From Octopus vulgaris (lineage: Eukaryota): DNA of 64,000 nt. A model generated the notes under the pieces. It saw only the letters and a list, made by a program, of their open reading frames with translations. It made no database searches and was not told the origin of the DNA. The position numbers and the translations under genes were made by a program. The stretch lies in contig OX597819.1 of assembly GCA_951406725.2 (NCBI GenBank), positions 124,310,001-124,374,000 of the forward strand. The letters run 5' to 3'. How positions within the stretch are numbered: position 1 is the stretch's first letter; each line of letters opens with the position of its first letter. Positions 49,267 to 63,525 of this stretch are shown here, in pieces.

Positions 49267-51530
49267 TTAACCCTTTAGTGTTCAGATTAATTTGTCAAAT
49301 CTAATGCTTATCTGTTCACAATAATTTTTATTTATTCAGGTTCAGGTGGGGTGTCCACAATATTTGCTTGTAACTTTGTTAATTTTCTACATACAGATTT
49401 GAAACTTTGTAATTGGGTGCTTATATGCCAGTGGTTTATAATTACGTAATTTTAGCTGATCTTTCTGACTAAATTTGACTTTTATGGGCTGGTAAATTTA
49501 ATTAACAGGTGTTAAAACAATAACATTATGAATAAACACTAAAATTCATATTCTTAATACATCTTACCTGTTTGGTTTGCTGCTAAAATTATCCCAGACG
49601 TCAACCGCCCACAATTTTACATTTTTCAAGATGAGGTACATTAATTTGAATTAATTAAAATACAGGTGTAATCGGTAGAAGATTTTACTCTTTTTCTATA
49701 TTTCATTCAAATGTCATCATTGAAAATAAAGTACAAAACTCTTTTACTAGTCAATATACCATTGGCTATGCACTCTTATACAATTTAACGAATTCATTTA
49801 TGTAACAGAATGCATCTAATAAAAAAAATCTCATTAACAGGTAAGACAAAGGTGAATACAGGTGTGTAACATACTGAAAATTAATATGTAGTTCTCATTT
49901 TCACGTATTATATAATAAAATGAAAAGGAATATACAAAATTATATGCACTTATGCCATATTTCTGTCGTGAAACTGTCCAAAGCACCCTTTATACAAGGG
50001 CACTTGGCAAAATGAACACATATATGAGGTCTTGACCTGATATCCTTTTGCAGTTTTTCTTTTTTGCAGCGAACAGTCTGCAAACTTTTTTCCTTCCATT
50101 TATCTTTTCGACTCGATGAAAGTCAATATTTTCTCTGTTGACATCCACCTCAGTTAATTTTGCTTTTCTTCCAGTTGTGTGCTTTCTAGAAGAAAAGCCC
50201 TCACGTAACTGAGGTGCGATGTCAACCCGAAATTTCAGGTGGTCGTAGTCTTTTGATGGCCTTTTACATATACAATGTGTGCATTTACTATAGATAAATT
50301 AACTATAAACCACAAAATGTACCTCCACCATTTCTTCCCAGGTAGACCAGCTGGGTAATATGCCTGATATTGGTCGGATTTATCAACCCCACCCATATAT
50401 TTAAGAGGGGTTTCCCCTCAGCGCCAACACCAGGTTGTCCATAAGAAGACAGAAATAAAATCTGTCTTTTGTCTTTAAAAGCAGTAACCAATAAATTTTC
50501 TTTTTGCATTTGTAAAATGTCCCCTCTTTTTAATTTTGTTTTTATTTCATGGGGTAAACCTTTACGGTTTCCCATAACAGTACTGCACATCTAAGTACTT
50601 ACACGGGCAAGATTTTCCGCCAAAGCCACTGAAGGAAAAAAAACAGTCAAAATAGAGGTGTCGGTGCTGATGGTGAAAAGGTTGTGTAAGAGACCATACA
50701 ACATCATGTCCCAATCCATGCGGTCTGTTTCCATTATATTTTTTACCTGTGTAAACATCAAAGTTTACACAGTATCCCGTCTCTGATTCACAAACTTCCC
50801 ATACCTTGATCACCCATTTAGTAGGTTTGGCAGACATGTACTGCCGAAAATGTACTCTACCCTTATAGCCTATCATGGCTTCATCTACACTGAGATTTTT
50901 CCCAGGTAGATACACAGTTTTATAATTATTAACAAGTAAATTGATTACGGGACGTACTTTGTACAGGGGATCATAGTTTGGGTCGTTTTTGTTGGGGGCA
51001 TTGGAAGAATCAGTTAAATGTAAATACTGAGATATTTTCAAATACCTTGTCTTTGACATTATACTTGAAATATATGAATCGCCATACCTTACATCAAGAC
51101 TCCAATAGTTTCCACAGTCGAGGAAGCTGTTTAACACCAAACAATATTAATTGTAAAAGACGCTCTCATTTCCGCAGTATTAGTTGGCTGCCATAGTGGA
51201 TCGTTTCTTCCGCAAATAGAAATTAAACGTTGCGCATATTTGTTTGTTTCCTCCACAATATTTTCAAAAAACTTTCTGGTAAAAATAAAAACATAGTCCA
51301 ATGGTTGAGCATCAGGAGGTAAATTGTGTTCTGGACCAGTGTTTTCTGTGAAATCAGGAATAGTAATTGGTGTTGCTTTGACCATGTTGCCATGTTTACA
51401 ATATCATTTTCATCACTTTCATTTTTATCGCTTTCGTTCTCAAAATCGTCCTCATTTGATGAATAATCGCTAATATCGATATCAGATTCATCCGAAGACA
51501 AAATACTTTTGTTTTCGTTTATATTTTCAC
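49267..51530 (-). mobile_element. Decayed piggyBac (PGBD4-like) transposon lacking its 5' end
   Basis: TTAA|CCCTTTAGTGTTCA terminus; LYKVRP, LSVDEAMIGYKGR, QYMSAKPTKW, LYFDCFFS, Cys-rich C-terminus; frameshifted. Confidence 0.9.
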
Positions 51531-53249
51531 TAGCAGTTAAGCCCAGTTTTACCTGGTCTGTTTGGATGATGTGGCTGTGATCATTTTCGTTTAGGCATAA
51601 TCTATAACAGCGTTTCTCAACCTTATCATTTCGGGTCCCGTTTCGATTGGAGTCTCCAGCTGTATGAAAATTCCCCCTCCCCCCCCTAAGAAACGGAGTT
51701 GTGAAGAAAGAATTTGTACGTTGTCTGTTTCTGAGAACTATTCTATTGGACCTCTGTCAAATGACATCTTTTAAGGTACACACATATACATAGAAAATGT
51801 GAGGTCATAGTAGAAAATTTTTACGATAGTTGATTTATGGAAAAGATTATGTGAAATTTTTGAAATGCAAATCTGTGAATGAAAATGAATTTCAGACATC
51901 CACATGGTAGGTAGACCTGATAGAAATAGCAGCTAAATCTCCCTCAAAACACCTTACTGTATTAATCCGACAATTCTGCATAATATGTAGTTTGAATAAG
52001 AAACTGTAACTAAAGATGAAGATAATTAACCCCACAAAGAGGTAAAAGAAGAGAGACAGCATAGAGAAAGTTTTGGCAGGCTGTCATCCTGGAGTCCCCT
52101 TGTTGCTAGTGGAATGGTATACGGTGGCTGTGTGAGCAACTGGTTGTTTTAATGGGGGAAGAAAGAGGGAAAGACATTTTAATCGATTTTCTCAGTAAGT
52201 ATGGGGGCTAGGAAAAATAGAAGGGGCATTAAGAAGTTGACGTTAAGAATTGCTTTAACAGTTAGAAAATGTTTGACATTTCAATCATCACCAAAAAATG
52301 AAGCTGTAAGAATTTACAGGGAAATTGTAAGTAAAGCAGGAATGATTTTTAACTACTGTCAAAGTTCTGCAACTTAATAGAGCAGACGTATCCAATTTAA
52401 GAAAAGTGAAGATAAAAGGTAAAGTGGAGAAGTATGGAAGAAGTCATTGTTATACGCTTATAGAAAAAATAGACATTTACCTTTTTAGAGAAGAAAATGT
52501 AGGTGAGAGCTATTGTATTGTATTGAAAGAAGATATATGAAATGGACGTGTGTGTATGTACGGGAATTTTGCAGTCAGCATGAGGTGGTTTGTATTTATC
52601 TCTGGAGGGGTGGAAAGGGGATCCTTTGAAGTTGTCGTGAAATTGAAAGAGACAAATAGTATGAGTGAAGTTCCTTTGAAGTTGGCGTGAAGCGGAAGAA
52701 TTGATGTGCATGCGTGTGTGTGTGTGTGTGTGAGAGAGCGAGAGCGTTTGTGTGTGTTTGATGGTGTGTGTGATATGGGTGAGAGAGTTGACTAAAGTTT
52801 TGTTATTCCCTTGTAATGAGAGAATGTGTGAGTGAGTAACAGAGAAAAGGAGAGAGAGGTTATGTATGTTGGCGGGGGAATCCCATTAGAAAAGTTTTGA
52901 TCGATTTTCTCAGCAACTATGAGGGCTAGGAAAAATTATTAAAAATAAAGGACGTTTTACATATGCACTTGTACGCAATCAGGAGTACAGATGTACAAAT
53001 TGAAATGCAAAAAAAAAAAACAAAACAAAATAATGAATTGAAAGTTTGGTAATTGCGTTTATTTCCACCATGTGACACTTTTGAGATCAATGTGTTGCCG
53101 TATCGAAAGAGTGCTCTTTGATATAGGTAAATGCGGATGAAATCATTTCAGACCTTTCCGATTTCTCTTAACAAAACAACTAGAACTTGTGCAACAATCT
53201 CACATAATTATTGTCACCTGGGAAGAGGATTTTTTATGTTCAAGAGGCA

Positions 53250-53628
53250 TAGGTGTGGCTGTGTGGTAAGTAGCTTGCTTACAAACCACATGGCTCCGGA
53301 TTCAGTCCCACTGCGTGGCACCTTGGGCAAGTGTCTTCTACTATAGTCTCGGGTCGACCAAAGCCTTGTGAGTGGATTTGGTAGACAGAAACTGAAAGAA
53401 GCCCATCGTATGTGTGTATGTTTGTGTGTCTGTGTTTGTCCCCACAATATTGCTTGACAACCAATGCTGTTGTGTTTACGTCCCCATAACTTAGTGGTTC
53501 GGCAAATGAGACCGATAGAATAAGTTCTAGGCTTACAAAGAATAAGTCCTGGGGTCAATTTGCTCCACTAAAGGCGGTGCTCCAGCATGGCCACAGTCAA
53601 ATGACTGAAACATGTAAAAGAATAAGAG
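53250..53628 (+). mobile_element. SINE family B
   Basis: Full head-to-tail match to 11760-12150; partial copies also at 54010-54305 and 56965-57102. Confidence 0.85.
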
Positions 53629-54604
53629 TGTATTTGATAGAAATTGTTGAAAGACATATGTACTTCATATGAGTAGCAAATTGTGGAGAATGGTATTCAC
53701 TGTACTTGGATCTAGTTTAAGTCACAAAATCAGCCCCCTTTTAAAATGACGTAAAAAATTCTGAAAAATTTGTCATATTAAACATTCATTTCTTATTCAG
53801 GATCTTGTTTGTTTCATTCACAAAATCTGCATTTTTTAAAAGGAAGTAAAAAATCTGAAAACTGGTTATCTTGAAGCCACAAACTTCTGGAGAAAAAATT
53901 TGACACAAATTTTTTTTTTTTAATTCATGGTTTGAAAATATGGACAGTCTGAATCTAATATTTGTTTCTTTTTATAATTTCCAAATAATTTTTTAAATAC
54001 TTCAACATATGCCGACCAATGCCTTGTGAGTGAATTTGGTAGACGGAAACTGAAAGAAGTCTGTCGTATATATGTATATATAATATATATATATATATAT
54101 ATATGTGTGTGTTTGTCCCCCTAGCATTGCTTGACAACCGATGCTGGTGTGTTTTCGTCCCCGTCACTTAGCGGTTCGGCAAAAGAGACCGATAGAATAA
54201 GTACTGGGCTTACAAAGAATAAGTCCCGGGGTCGATTTGCTCGACTAAAGGCGGTGCTCCAGCATGGCCGCAGTCAAATGACTGAAACAAGTAAAAGATA
54301 AAAAGGTAAAAGATACCTTTAACTCATGCAAGTGATTTCGCCAGTCTTTATAGTTTGAACAGTTAGTTTAACTTGCACTTTACTACAATAGAGAAATCTA
54401 CTTCTAAGCCTTTGAACATTTTTTCAACCAACGTATCCCTCTTTATTTGTTCTCTACTTATTATTCCTTTAACCCTTCTCTTTCTACTATCTACCTTTGA
54501 CGTCGAATCTACAAACAGTATTTTTTTTAAAATACTTAATAACGTTCTGTTTATCATTTAGGCAGTCATCGTAATTGTTATAATGTCTTGTTGTTGAGAT
54601 AGGC

Positions 54605-54698
54605 TCTCTTTCTTTCCTGATGAGAAGATTGCATTTTACACCGTTTATTCCTTTGGAATAAAACCATGTTGTCTTCGAAACATGTCAAAAGTAAAAGA
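54605..54698 (+). ncRNA. Hammerhead ribozyme motif, same family as 27689, first stem I pair mismatched
   Basis: CTGATGA at 54617, GAAGA/TCTTC stem II, GAAACATGTC with palindromic stem III ACATGT. Confidence 0.7.
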
Positions 54699-56004
54699 AT
54701 TTTAATAGCATCTTTGTTCAACTGCCTTTATTTACTTATAATACACAAATTACTGCACATTAACCCAGAGTTTCTACCTTTGAATAGATCGCCTTCATCC
54801 GTGTTACTTGCGTGAATTTTGCTACCATGGTAACTGTTTATTGAATTTTCCATGTTAACGGTAAACAAAGGATAATTCATTCATCCATTTAAATATATAT
54901 ATATATATATATGCACACACATACAGTGTACATTTAAACACATAAGAGGTGACCATCATAGGACACCTAGCATGCTGGAAGGAGTAGCCAAAATCTAAAC
55001 CACTATTAGGGATAAATTTCAAAGGGAATGAAAAATAAAAACATTTACCATCTATCTTCTGGACCATGGTTTCGAGCTCTAAATTAGCAAATAAAATAAT
55101 TTGCTAGGCGGAGCTTTCTTCAGCAGGTACGCCAAGATTAACATATAGATACAAGGCAATACAGCATATGATTTCTGCTTACGTATTATAATTTTTCAAA
55201 TCCACCACACAAGCGCAGTTTTTTGTCAGCAGCAAATAAAATTAATGCCAGCATTTCTTCGGAAATTTGCCAAAAATTATCAATAATTAATAAATATCAG
55301 GGTAAGAAAAAATTTTAGAAATTTTTACTACCAGTGGCCTAGCATGTAGAAAAGTAGTCAGTAGACTATATATTATTCATATACATACAGTGTACATTTA
55401 AACACTGATTTTTCTGAAATTATTGTCTGGAATCGCTTTTTTTCAAGAGGGCATTTATAAAGGGTAACTTTTGTATAGTATACATTCACTTAAGTTATAT
55501 CTCAGTTTCTGGTGGGTTATCTTTATTTTGTGCACTGTCTGTAATTTATTTTTGACATTTTAACATTGTCTATTGCTGGTGGAAAAGATAAACAACCAGT
55601 CATGATAACTTGATATTACAATGTTTGCATTTCGTGCAACAGAACTTATTCATTTTTCATTTGCTTCATATCTGTACCAGTACTTGTGTATCTCCTACAC
55701 ATACCACCTACGCATCTGCTTCTTGACAAAACCTAAGACTAACATACAACAAGGAATGAAACAACTATTCATGTTTTAACTAAACTGATTCTAAAATATT
55801 CTGTGTGTAAAAGTTGAAAATTTGGGATTTGAGCCACAGAACAAATGTCATCATTTGTGATTTACAGTTTTCATTTATCTTGTTCTCTTTAACTAATTTC
55901 AATAATGCTTGAATTTCAATTATCTTGGCAATGAATTAGGTAACTAAAACATCTAAAAGTAAGGGTTTATTGCAAGAAAGTATTTTAAAGGCATTATTTA
56001 AATT

Positions 56005-56552
56005 TGAAATCAAAAATCAAAATAAAATTCGATGACTGGTGTCCATGCTAGCGGGGTGCAAAGAGCACCATACGAGTGTGATCATTGACAGAGCGGCTAA
56101 CCGGCTTCCGTGCAAGTGGCACTTAAAAGGCACCATTCGAGCATGATCGTTACCAGCGTCACATTACTGGCAATCGAGCCCCGTGCTAGTAGAATATTAA
56201 GAGCACCATCCGAGCCTGATTGCTGCCAGAGTGGATATCTGGCCTCCACACCAGTGGCACGTGAAAGATACCATTCGAGTGTGATCGTTACCAGCATTGC
56301 CTTACTGGCACCCGCATCGGTGGCATGTGTAAAAGATTCGAGTGAGGTCGTTGCCAGTACCGCCTGACTGGCACATAAAAGCACCCACTACACTCTCGGA
56401 GTGGTTAACATTAGGAAAGGCATCCAGCTGTAGAAACTCTGCCAGATCAAGACTGGAGCCTGGTGCAGCCATCTGGTTTGCCAGCCCTCAGTCAAAATCG
56501 TCCAACCCATGCTAGCATGGAAAGCGGACGTTAAACGATGATGATGATGATG
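56005..56552 (+). mobile_element. RTE LINE 3' UTR with internal tandem units
   Basis: Inverted relative of 35811-36345; (GAT)n tail. Confidence 0.8.
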
Positions 56553-57819
56553 ATTATTATTACAGTGTATTAATAGTAAGATCCACACTGGAATATTCTG
56601 GAATATTACTGCTCACCTCTACAGGACAGTACTGTTGGTAAACATCTACTGACATTCTGGACTGAATTCGAAAGAGTACCTGTTGACTAAATGGCAACAG
56701 TTCAATCATCAACAGGTCTTAATATGTATTAGATCCTAGATACCAGATTAAATACTTTTCCTAATCCTTCCTTCCTAGAATTCCAACTTTTATAAATGGA
56801 ACTCTCCCATTCATGATTTTTCTTAGACATTGATCTACAAATATTTTAGCCAATTATAGCTGCATCAAGCTCAGTTTGAAAGAATCTTCTGAGCTCCAAA
56901 TGATTGTCCTTCTCTGATTAGTTTATAAAAAGAAAATTTTTTAATGTATCTAATCTTAGATACATTAGCGGTTCGGCAAAAGAGACCGATAGAATAAGTA
57001 CTAGGCTTACAAAGAATAAGTCCTAGGGTCGATTTGCTCGACTAAAGGTGGTGCTCCAGCATGGCCACAGTCAAATGACTGAAACAAGTAAAAGAGTAAA
57101 AGTAATCTAAATCCATTTTTTCTATCCCTACTATAATCATTTCTTTTTGCAGTGTCTCATTTTGTTTAAAACAAATTCCTGTTGTTTATACTATTACTAC
57201 AATAATCAGTTAACCTTTTTTGTCACGTATTCATCTATTTGCTTGTGAATGAGCACTTTTTTCAGATTTTCTTAGTGGGGCGATAATAATATAGGAGGAT
57301 GTACTTGCATAGCAAGTGATTTGATCTGAGATCGTGTGCTGGACCTGTTCACTGACAAAAATCCGTGATGCAGCATGGATCTTTGTCAGTGAACAGGTTG
57401 CAGTCTTAATGTGACAAAAATATTTTGACAAATTAAACTTAAATGTTGATGTGAATCAAACGGCTTTTGTGTGTTTCTTAAATGGCTTACAAACACCTTC
57501 CATGCTGATAATAATATAGTAAATATGAAAATAGATTTCCAGAATATGCATTTCTGTTGTTTGTAGGTGCTTAGCTGCACCAAGAATAATCTTCACCTTG
57601 ATTAGTCTGCAACTCTTACCAATAATTGCTTAAGAAATGAGTTAATTTATGAGACAAAGTAGCTCAGTGTATATACTTCTAATAACTTTTAGATCATATT
57701 GTCTAATTCTTTGTCTGCTACAAATATTTTATCTGTGGTGATTCACAGGTAAGCATTAATAGTATAAAGGAAAATTGAAGGTTTATTAGTAGCTATAATG
57801 GAATGTTTGGCTTTAATCA

Positions 57820-58210
57820 AATCCAACGGCAGTTTTTTTCTAGCAGTGTCATATGAAATTGTCACCCATAATTATGACCCTAGTATCGATCTATTGCATT
57901 TCAATCTGTCTTAGGGTTGGGTGTGGATTTTTTTTTCTTCACAAAGGTAAATAAACCCAATCTATTTCTTAAACGAGGGACATATTCATACGACACAGAA
58001 TGTTTTTTTTACCTCAATAGATGTCACTGATTGGTTGAAATTGCAGAAATTGAGGAAAAAAAACCAACAAATATCTTACAAACTATAGAATTTTCTCAAT
58101 AAAGCCAAGAGAAAAAGATGTTTTATAAACACATTCTACCAGTATACGAAGTTTAAAATTTTTTAGTTACCTAGAAATTATGTTAAAAACTGCCGTTCAA
58201 ATCAAAAAGT
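57820..58210. mobile_element. MITE of the 5990/12423 family
   Basis: AACGGCAGTTTTT ... AAAAACTGCCGTTCAAA and shared interior. Confidence 0.78.
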
Positions 58211-58637
58211 ATAGAAAAGTGTACATGATCAATGGTGATAATAAACAATATCAAAATGAAGTGATGACTCTATCACATAGGTTTAGCCATCTCATCTTTT
58301 TAAGAAATTTATAATCATATTTTTTCCTCTTTTTTCTACCATTTTTCATTTGCTTATTTATTTGACGGAACTTTACCTGTCTCTCTGGTTAAGTGAATTC
58401 TCTTATTTTCTCTTTATCGATGGCAGCAGTCTCCCTCTCCTCAGTTATGTAGTTGACACATTGCACCGGGAATACGTTCATATTCTGATATTAAAAGCAA
58501 AGAGTCTCTTTACAATTATAGGTCTGACTACAGTTAAAGGCAGGCTTGTTAAGTTAAGCATGATATTGTAAGGAGTATGGCATTAAATGAATCTACAGAC
58601 CTAATCTTTATGAGTAATAATAATATTAGGAGTATGT

Positions 58638-59150
58638 GCGAGTGGCTGTGTGGTAAGAAGCCTGTCGTATATATGTATACATATATCACCTGTGTCGGTG
58701 ACACATAAGAAAACACCATCCGAGCGTGGCCGTCTGCCAGCCTCGTCTGGCACCTGTGTCGGTGGCACATAAAATCACCCACTACACTCTCGGAGTGGTT
58801 GGCGTTAGGAAGGGCATCCAGCTGTAGAAAAACTGCCAGATCTGACTGGCCTGGTGCAGCCTTCGGGCTTGCCAGACCCCAGTTGAACCGTCCAACCCAT
58901 GCTAGCATGGAAAGCGGACGTTAAACGATGATGATATATATCTATATGTGTGTGTGTCTGTGTTTGTCCCCCTAGCATTGCTTGACAACTGATGCTGATG
59001 TGTTTACGTCCCCGTCACTTAGCGGTTCGGCAAAAGAGACCGATAGAATAAGTACTGGGCTTACAAAGAATAAGTCCCGGGGTCGATTTGCTCGACTAAA
59101 GGCAGTGCTCCAGCATGGCCACAGTCAAATGACTGAAACGAGTAAAAGAG
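58638..59150 (+). mobile_element. Internally deleted SINE B with an RTE 3' UTR (58687-58935) inserted in its (TA)n
   Basis: SINE head GTGGCTGTGTGGTAAG joined to AAGCCTGTCGTATAT; the SINE resumes at TGTGTCTGTGTTTGTCCCC after the GATGAT tail. Confidence 0.8.
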
Positions 59151-59180
59151 TATATGCCTGAACTGCAAATTGAATGCAAA

Positions 59181-59490
59181 CATCACCGTTTAACGTCCGC
59201 TTTCCATGCTAGCATGGGTTGGACAGTTTGACTGAGGGCTGGTGAACCAGATGGCTGCACCTGGCTCCAGTCTGATCTGGCAGAGTTTCTGCAGCTGGAT
59301 GCCCTTCCTAACGCCAACCACTCCGAGAGTGTAGTGGGTGCTTTTATGTACCACTGGCATGGGGCCATTCAGGCGGTAACGGCAACGACCTCACGTGAAT
59401 CTTTTACACAGGTGCCAGTAAGGTGATGCTGGTAACGATCACGCTTGAATGGTGTCTTTTACGTGCCACTGGCATGGAGGCCAGACAGCC
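59181..59490 (-). mobile_element. RTE LINE 3' UTR
   Basis: Reverse complement of the common RTE tail. Confidence 0.78.
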
Positions 59491-60295
59491 AAACAGCCTG
59501 AATAATTGATAAAAGTATGCACATATGATATTAGTCTTGAAGCAGAAAAATCTGTCGCCTTGTTAATATTGTCCATTTCTGTTTTGTGATTCTTAGTTAA
59601 CGATCTTACAAACTGTTTAATCTGTACAACTACCAAATATGTCAAGCTACTTTGTTCAATAGCAATGGCTTATGTATTACTAGCTTAAGCCCCCAGGCTA
59701 GCTCTGATTAAGTATACCTGTAATCATAGGAATTCCAGCATGATCATCCTATTTTTTAAAGGTATCGGGATAATATTATCCTGTATTTAAGATGGTGAAG
59801 TGTGATTTAAAGATTTGGTTGCTATTTCTAACAGACCAAATATTCTCTCTTTGCTCAATCTAATTTATGTTATTTTAGGGTTTATTTTATGTGTCTTTGT
59901 TTCGAAGCTCCTCATAAAACGTTACGGTTTTGGCATTAGTGATTTCGGAACATTCTGTTTAATTTTATATTATTTTTGGTTATGATATTTATGTAACTGT
60001 TGCAGCAGAGTGTTAATCAAATCTTTATTATCTTTTTTAAATTAATAATTCATGGAGAATATATGATTATTTATTATTCTCTTACATAGCTTTTGTATGT
60101 ATCTTCAATAAAAGTATATACTTCTTGTTCAATGTTGCAGGCAAATTTGTGTTTATACTTCAAATTTTACATGTTAAACTCTCATATTTTCAAGTGCCAA
60201 CTCTCAAATATGTCTGGTTCATAGAAAATACATCACAACAAGTAGGTCTGGTATTGTTGCATTTGTTTAATTTCTAAACTAATGCCATAATCAGG

Positions 60296-60704
60296 TTACT
60301 CTCTTTTTACTTATTTCAGTCATTTGACTGCGGCCTTGCTGGAGCACCGCCTTTAGTCGAGCAAATCGACCCCGAGACTTATTCTTTGTAAGCCCAGTAC
60401 TTATTCTATCGGTCTCTTTTGCCGAACCGCTAAGTGACCGGGACGTAAACACACCAGCATCGGTTGTCAAGCAATGCTAGGGGGACAAACACAGACACAC
60501 AAACATACACACACATATATATATATATATACATATATACGACAGGCTTCTTTCAGTTTCCCTCTCCCAAATCCACTCACAAGACATTGGTCGGCCCGAG
60601 GCTATAGCAGAAGACACTTGCCCAAGGTGCCACGCAGTGCGACTGAACCCGGAACCATGTGGTTGGTAAGCAAGCTACTTACCACACAGCCACTCCTGCA
60701 CCTA
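60296..60704 (-). mobile_element. SINE family B, full length
   Basis: Reverse complement of 11760-12150. Confidence 0.85.
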
Positions 60705-62617
60705 TAAAAAAACCCGCTGTAAAAACCCATGTAATTTATGCACTTTTTTTGGCAAAAACAAAAAATAAACTTTGGTGGGTGTGTAAATTACATGAGTAGA
60801 TTGTTTCCAGAATTTTTTCAGAAATTTTTTTGTTGGAAAATGACACAAATGTAAACATTCATACAGGAAGTTGACTCATTTAATGTCAGAATAGGTTTTC
60901 ACAGAAAAAAATATAATGAAATTGACTTTTATTTATGCTGGACGGTATAACGCTTACTTTTTCTGTATAAATTTACTAAAACCATTAATGGTTAACTTCT
61001 TTTTGAAGTTTGACGTTCATACTGGTAATCACAGTCCACGCCATATTTTACATTTTCTTGGAGTTTCTACCTATTGCAATGGAGTCCAGCAATTTCCTTA
61101 AATAGATCCGGTTTTCTCCACTTAAGAAGTCTAGCTTGGTTCACCTCCAGGAAGCTGTTGCTCGCTTTCTACACAATTAGGACAATGAAATTTATCACCG
61201 CCAACATCGCCACTATCAGCTCTTTCTGCACCTAATGCCAATCACAACATCATAATTCATCCTTGCGCATGTAGCATGTAAACTCACTAAGTGAATATGA
61301 CTTAGCATTCCTATAGAAACCTTCATTTACCTTATACAGTATTTAATGTCATTTCACATTCAGGTTGAATTATGCAGCAATCTTATGTTCTCTTCATAGA
61401 ACACTTGTATGTATTGCCAGTTCTTTTGGTGTAGTAGATTTTTGCTATTCTTGTCTATGTCTCCTCACAGACGTGTATATTCTAACAGGTCGCTTCTTAA
61501 ATTTCATACCTCTCTTGTTCAGTAAACACTGAGTTAAACTTGCAAAGCTGTTTATTTTCTCCTTTCGATTTTTAATGTTTATTTTAGCAGGTTACCAAAC
61601 TGTCAGTTTGGTCTCCTGGCTAAAACAGTAATGATAAATTTTAAAGTTTGCTTGACATTTTATAAGTGTGAAAGGGATTAAAATTTGATGCTCCGTATCA
61701 AAGGTTCCGACAAGAATAGGCAGAAAATCAGAGCTTGAGAAAAGAAGACGCTTTCGACCAATCAGAATTCTGTTTACATAATCAGTTTGATCGGTCACCT
61801 TCCTCTGTCGGTTGAGTAAAGTGTCATCCAAGCTGATGTTTATTGGTAATTAAACTTATTTTGCAATACTTGTGCGTATTTATCAGCTTTATTTTTGTTG
61901 ATAAGAATTATCAACAACTTTTCCTGTGATCGTGATTTGAGAAGAGTATGCTAAAGATCAGACATAATCTCTTGTGAACAAGAAATGTAAAATACAGTTT
62001 ATTATAAACAACACAAACACTTTGTAATTAAATATCTTTCAATGTGATACCTGTTAAACAAATTATTTTTATTTAATGAATATTTAGTAAAATCTAATCA
62101 TAAGTGAAATTATGCTAAATACAACTAAATTGAAAACCTTTTCCCCTGGCCATATCTGCAATTCTGAAAACTTTTGGGTGCAAATTACCCGAGTAGAAGC
62201 TTTTTTTTTTAACAATTTTTATCCTGAAGATCACCTGCGTAAATTACACAGAATAGGGTAAAAACCTATTACATGGGTTTTTAACATGGTATGAATTTGG
62301 AACTCTTTTTCTTGTATTGAAATTAAGAATTTTCTGCTTCTTGCTGAATACAAAAGAACCATGCACTATAAAGATCAATATTGTTACTCTTACCATCTGA
62401 AAGCATTCTATACTTTATAATTATCTCTCTCAGTTGAACAGGCAGTATTTAGTCATAGAACACCAATACCAGTGCCTGGAGCATTACCCACTTAGAAAAT
62501 TCAGCCTCTCAGTTGCATATGATATTTATTCATTATCTTAGAGTATTCTTTAAAACTTTCTGAAAAGGTTGTGTTGCAATGAATTGAGTTTTTTTTTTTC
62601 TTTTCTTTTTTTTCCAG

Positions 62618-62785
62618 AGGGATGAATGAGTTGAAAAATTTACAGTATTTACCTCGTGCATCAGAACCACGGGAAATTTTAGTGGAGGACAGAACTCGTT
62701 GCCATGCTGACCATGTGGGACATGGATTTGATAGGCGCACAACTGCAGCTGTAGGGGTACTGAAAGCTGTCAATAAACCAAAAGA
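62618..62785 (+). CDS. RSBN1: RSBN1-like coding exon 3 (HxD metal-binding motif)
   Basis: GMNELKNLQYLPRASEPREILVEDRTRCHADHVGHGFDRRTTAAVGVLKAVNKPK; long T-tract + CAG acceptor, GA|GTATGG donor, phase 2/2. Confidence 0.94.
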
Positions 62786-62910
62786 GTATGGTTTCTTTCA
62801 TTGTTTTGCCAAATTAGAATTTTCAATTCATTACTGTTGATTTTCTTTTGATCTTTCTTTTCAAAAATTATTCTCGCTGGAATAACACATCCAATGTTCT
62901 AATTTTACAG

Positions 62911-63022
62911 AATTCCAAAGCAGAACAGAATTGTTAAAGATGTGATCTGTTTCCACCCAGGAGATTTCCTTGAATTAGTTAATAAGATGCAACTTGATTT
63001 ACATGAACCCCCTGTATCACAA
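62911..63022 (+). CDS. RSBN1: RSBN1-like coding exon 4
   Basis: [37 protein letters not shown]; ttttaCAG acceptor, GTAGGT donor, phase 2/0; absent from the ORF track. Confidence 0.94.
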
Positions 63023-63525
63023 GTAGGTATCATAAACTTATTCAAATTGTACATTTGCTGTTCTAGTAGGGAAGAAGGTTAAACATTTATGTTTGATTAC
63101 AGTTGATATAAATTCTAAGAGTAGAGCCTTCGATTCCAGTAATACAAACATTAGCTTTCTAACAAGAAGTCTGTTGGCATGAAAAATATAGGTTGTGTCT
63201 TTAGTGACCTTTTGTCAAGCTACTGTTTTGGTCCTTAATCCTTCGCAATTTTATCTTTATTTTGCTGGAATTAAATCTTGAATGAAATTATTGCTGCTTC
63301 ATGTTTAATCTGCCTTTGTAGTTGAGACTAGTCACATAGACAGGTGCAGGTAATTTGAGTCAAAGAGATGAAGGCAACTAAATTGAAGGGATACAACAAA
63401 CCTACTAAATCTGTAACGGCAGCAAAAGAAAGAAAAATATAAAAATCTCAAGAAACATACATTAATTCATACACTTTAGTCCAACTTCAGAAATCTATAA
63501 TGCAAGATCTAAAAATCTATACTAA

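Noticed and set aside
49950-51500. Domesticated PGBD4-like host gene (likewise TIGD1-like at 41281-42460)
   Set aside because: Multiple frameshifts and stops plus transposon termini indicate decayed elements
60715-62290. Possible old pogo-like DNA transposon with GTAATTTA/TAAATTAC subterminal repeats
   Set aside because: Ends and coding remnants too decayed to support a call by eye
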